NCBI GenBank assembly: GCA_044236265.1
Contig: JBIIGV010000050.1
Span: 1-19,972 of the forward strand
Reading direction: 5' to 3'
DNA length: 19,972 nt
Source of the DNA: Oligoflexales bacterium
GTDB taxonomy: Bacteria > Bdellovibrionota_B > Oligoflexia > Oligoflexales > RGVZ01
Below are positions 18,929 through 19,972 of the stretch, in pieces (within the stretch, counting starts at the first letter, position 1; each line of letters begins with the position of its first letter). The notes beneath the pieces were generated by a model that worked only from the letters and a program-made list of their open reading frames with translations, did not search any database and was not told the origin of the DNA. Both the position numbers and the translations under genes were made by a program.

Positions 18929-19379
18929 GAAGACCTCCAACCTCTGGATTGCCGGCTTCTACAGTCCACGCTACAGGCTGCGACATGCGCAACGTGTGAC
19001 GAGCAACTTCAACACCCTCAGCATTTTCAGAGATCAGAGTGACATCTTTCAAACCAGTATTTCCTCTCATCAGAGAGTTGGCCCAAAGATACAACGAAGG
19101 ATCCGTTACAAAATCGCGACTGAGCTCAACGCGCGCGTGCTCGGAAGAACCTATCGACGCTCCTAAGCCGTCGATGTCCGCGACTGGACTAAACGCACCG
19201 TAATTTACGCCCTCAATCTCCACCACCATTCGTGATGCTTTGCCGGAGAAACTAGCGGGCAATCGCTGAGTCGCTGCGATTGGAACCAATAACATGGCAA
19301 GTAACAATAAGTTCGCAATTCTGACTTTGCGACTTGAAGAGGTGTCTAAATTGAATTGGCGCAAGAGGCGCACTTTCAT
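18885..19379 (-). CDS. Phage tail tube (T4 gp19/Afp1-like) homologue with N-terminal signal or membrane segment
   Basis: Collinear match by eye to the tube consensus: VVEIEGVNYGAFSPV; RVELSR; LYLW; G-x3-KDVTLISENAEGVEVARHTLRMSQPVAW; HEKVIFAVQKIER. Preceded by RKVRIANLLLLAMLLVPIAA. Confidence 0.75.
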   Translation of the reverse strand: MKVRLLRQFNLDTSSSRKVRIANLLLLAMLLVPIAATQRLPASFSGKASRMVVEIEGVNYGAFSPVADIDGLGASIGSSEHARVELSRDFVTDPSLYLWANSLMRGNTGLKDVTLISENAEGVEVARHTLRMSQPVAWTVEAGNPEVGGLHEKVIFAVQKIERR

Positions 19380-19422
19380 CCCCTGATTGAATTCTGTTAC
19401 TGATAACTGAGGTTACAAATAA

Positions 19423-19431
19423 ATTCTAACA
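19423..19431 (-). promoter_or_regulatory. Extended -10 element TGTTAGAAT upstream of the tube-like gene
   Basis: TGnTAGAAT on the minus strand, 43 bp before ATG 19379. Confidence 0.4.
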
Positions 19432-19498
19432 CCCACTATCAAAAAACACCAGATCCCCACTCAAAAAAACTTGACAGCCCATTTTTTAAACCTTCCAG

Positions 19499-19525
19499 GA
19501 TCTTGACAGGATTATCGACAAGATC
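19499..19525. repeat. Inverted repeat GATCTTGAC-N9-GACAAGATC immediately after the ridA stop
   Basis: 9-bp arms with one mismatch, seen directly; no adjacent U tract. Confidence 0.45.
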
Positions 19526-19909
19526 TCAAGAAAGTTTAGCTATCACATCAATTTCCACGTTTACATCGCGCGGCAATCTGGCCACTTCCACAGTTGCTCT
19601 GGCCGGAAACGGCTGCGGGAAGAAGCTTCCGTAGACTTCATTGACTACCGAAAAATTATTCATGTCTTTGAGAAAAATGGTGGTTTTTACAACGTCACCA
19701 AAACTTCCACCAGCAGCCTCCAGAATGGCTTTGAGGTTTTCCAGGACTTTTTTGGTTTCGTCAGCAACTCCTGACTTAACGAGCTCACCCGTCTTTGGGT
19801 CCAAGGGGATTTGACCCGAAACAAATAGCAGATCCCCGGCGCGAATAGCTTGGGAATAGGGACCTATAGCGGCTGGAGCATTTGCGGTTTGAATGACTTG
19901 CTTTTTCAC
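19526..19909 (-). CDS. ridA: RidA/YjgF/UK114 reactive intermediate imine deaminase
   Basis: [32 protein letters not shown], catalytic Arg in PARATV, LP...VEID; GAGGTG RBS before GTG. Confidence 0.95.
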   Translation of the reverse strand: MKKQVIQTANAPAAIGPYSQAIRAGDLLFVSGQIPLDPKTGELVKSGVADETKKVLENLKAILEAAGGSFGDVVKTTIFLKDMNNFSVVNEVYGSFFPQPFPARATVEVARLPRDVNVEIDVIAKLS

Positions 19910-19972
19910 GTCTCACCTCACGGTTTTAACTTGGCACTTTGCTCAAAAACAACGTATCTGGAGTCCATTCAT

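Noticed and set aside
193..19166. Numerous short antisense or alternate-frame ORFs in the ORF track (e.g. 3176-3502, 5484-5852, 8554-8979, 14795-15175, 18855-19166)
   Set aside because: Nested within well-supported genes, with no recognisable motifs; treated as shadow ORFs.
16230..19379. Prophage or complete eCIS/T6SS locus
   Set aside because: Only one tube-like gene; no integrase, capsid, sheath, baseplate or spike; flanked by housekeeping ffh and ridA.
19931..19943. TTGGCACTTTGCT as a sigma54 promoter
   Set aside because: Spacing far too short, and it points away from ridA.
19926..19970. Possible C-terminus of an upstream minus-strand gene (EWTPDTLFLSKVPS*)
   Set aside because: Too short to support or identify within the window.

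Overview
Gene-dense bacterial chromosomal window, mostly housekeeping. Protein style suggests a Bdellovibrionota/Oligoflexia-like (former deltaproteobacterial) host; this is inference only. Order: start of nuoF, nuoE and fused nuoCD (minus; nuoA/B not adjacent); divergent aspS (non-discriminating signature) coupled to a TPR protein; an orphan NtrC-family sigma54 response regulator; an 821-aa helical hypothetical; an exported alpha/beta-hydrolase and a divergent small lipoprotein; two small membrane proteins; a DUF1573/Ig-like exported protein; ffh-miaB; a three-gene minus-strand unit; and ridA. The three-gene unit (19379 to 16230) is the most unusual element. It starts with a lone phage-tail-tube (gp19/Afp1-like) homologue that carries an N-terminal signal/membrane segment and lacks the usual hairpin motif. 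That gene overlaps a Cys-rich 526-aa lipoprotein gene, followed by an M14/DUF2817 zinc peptidase, with no other phage or contractile-injection genes in the window. No RNA genes, CRISPR arrays or mobile elements were recognised. All family assignments come from motif recognition by eye, not database searches.
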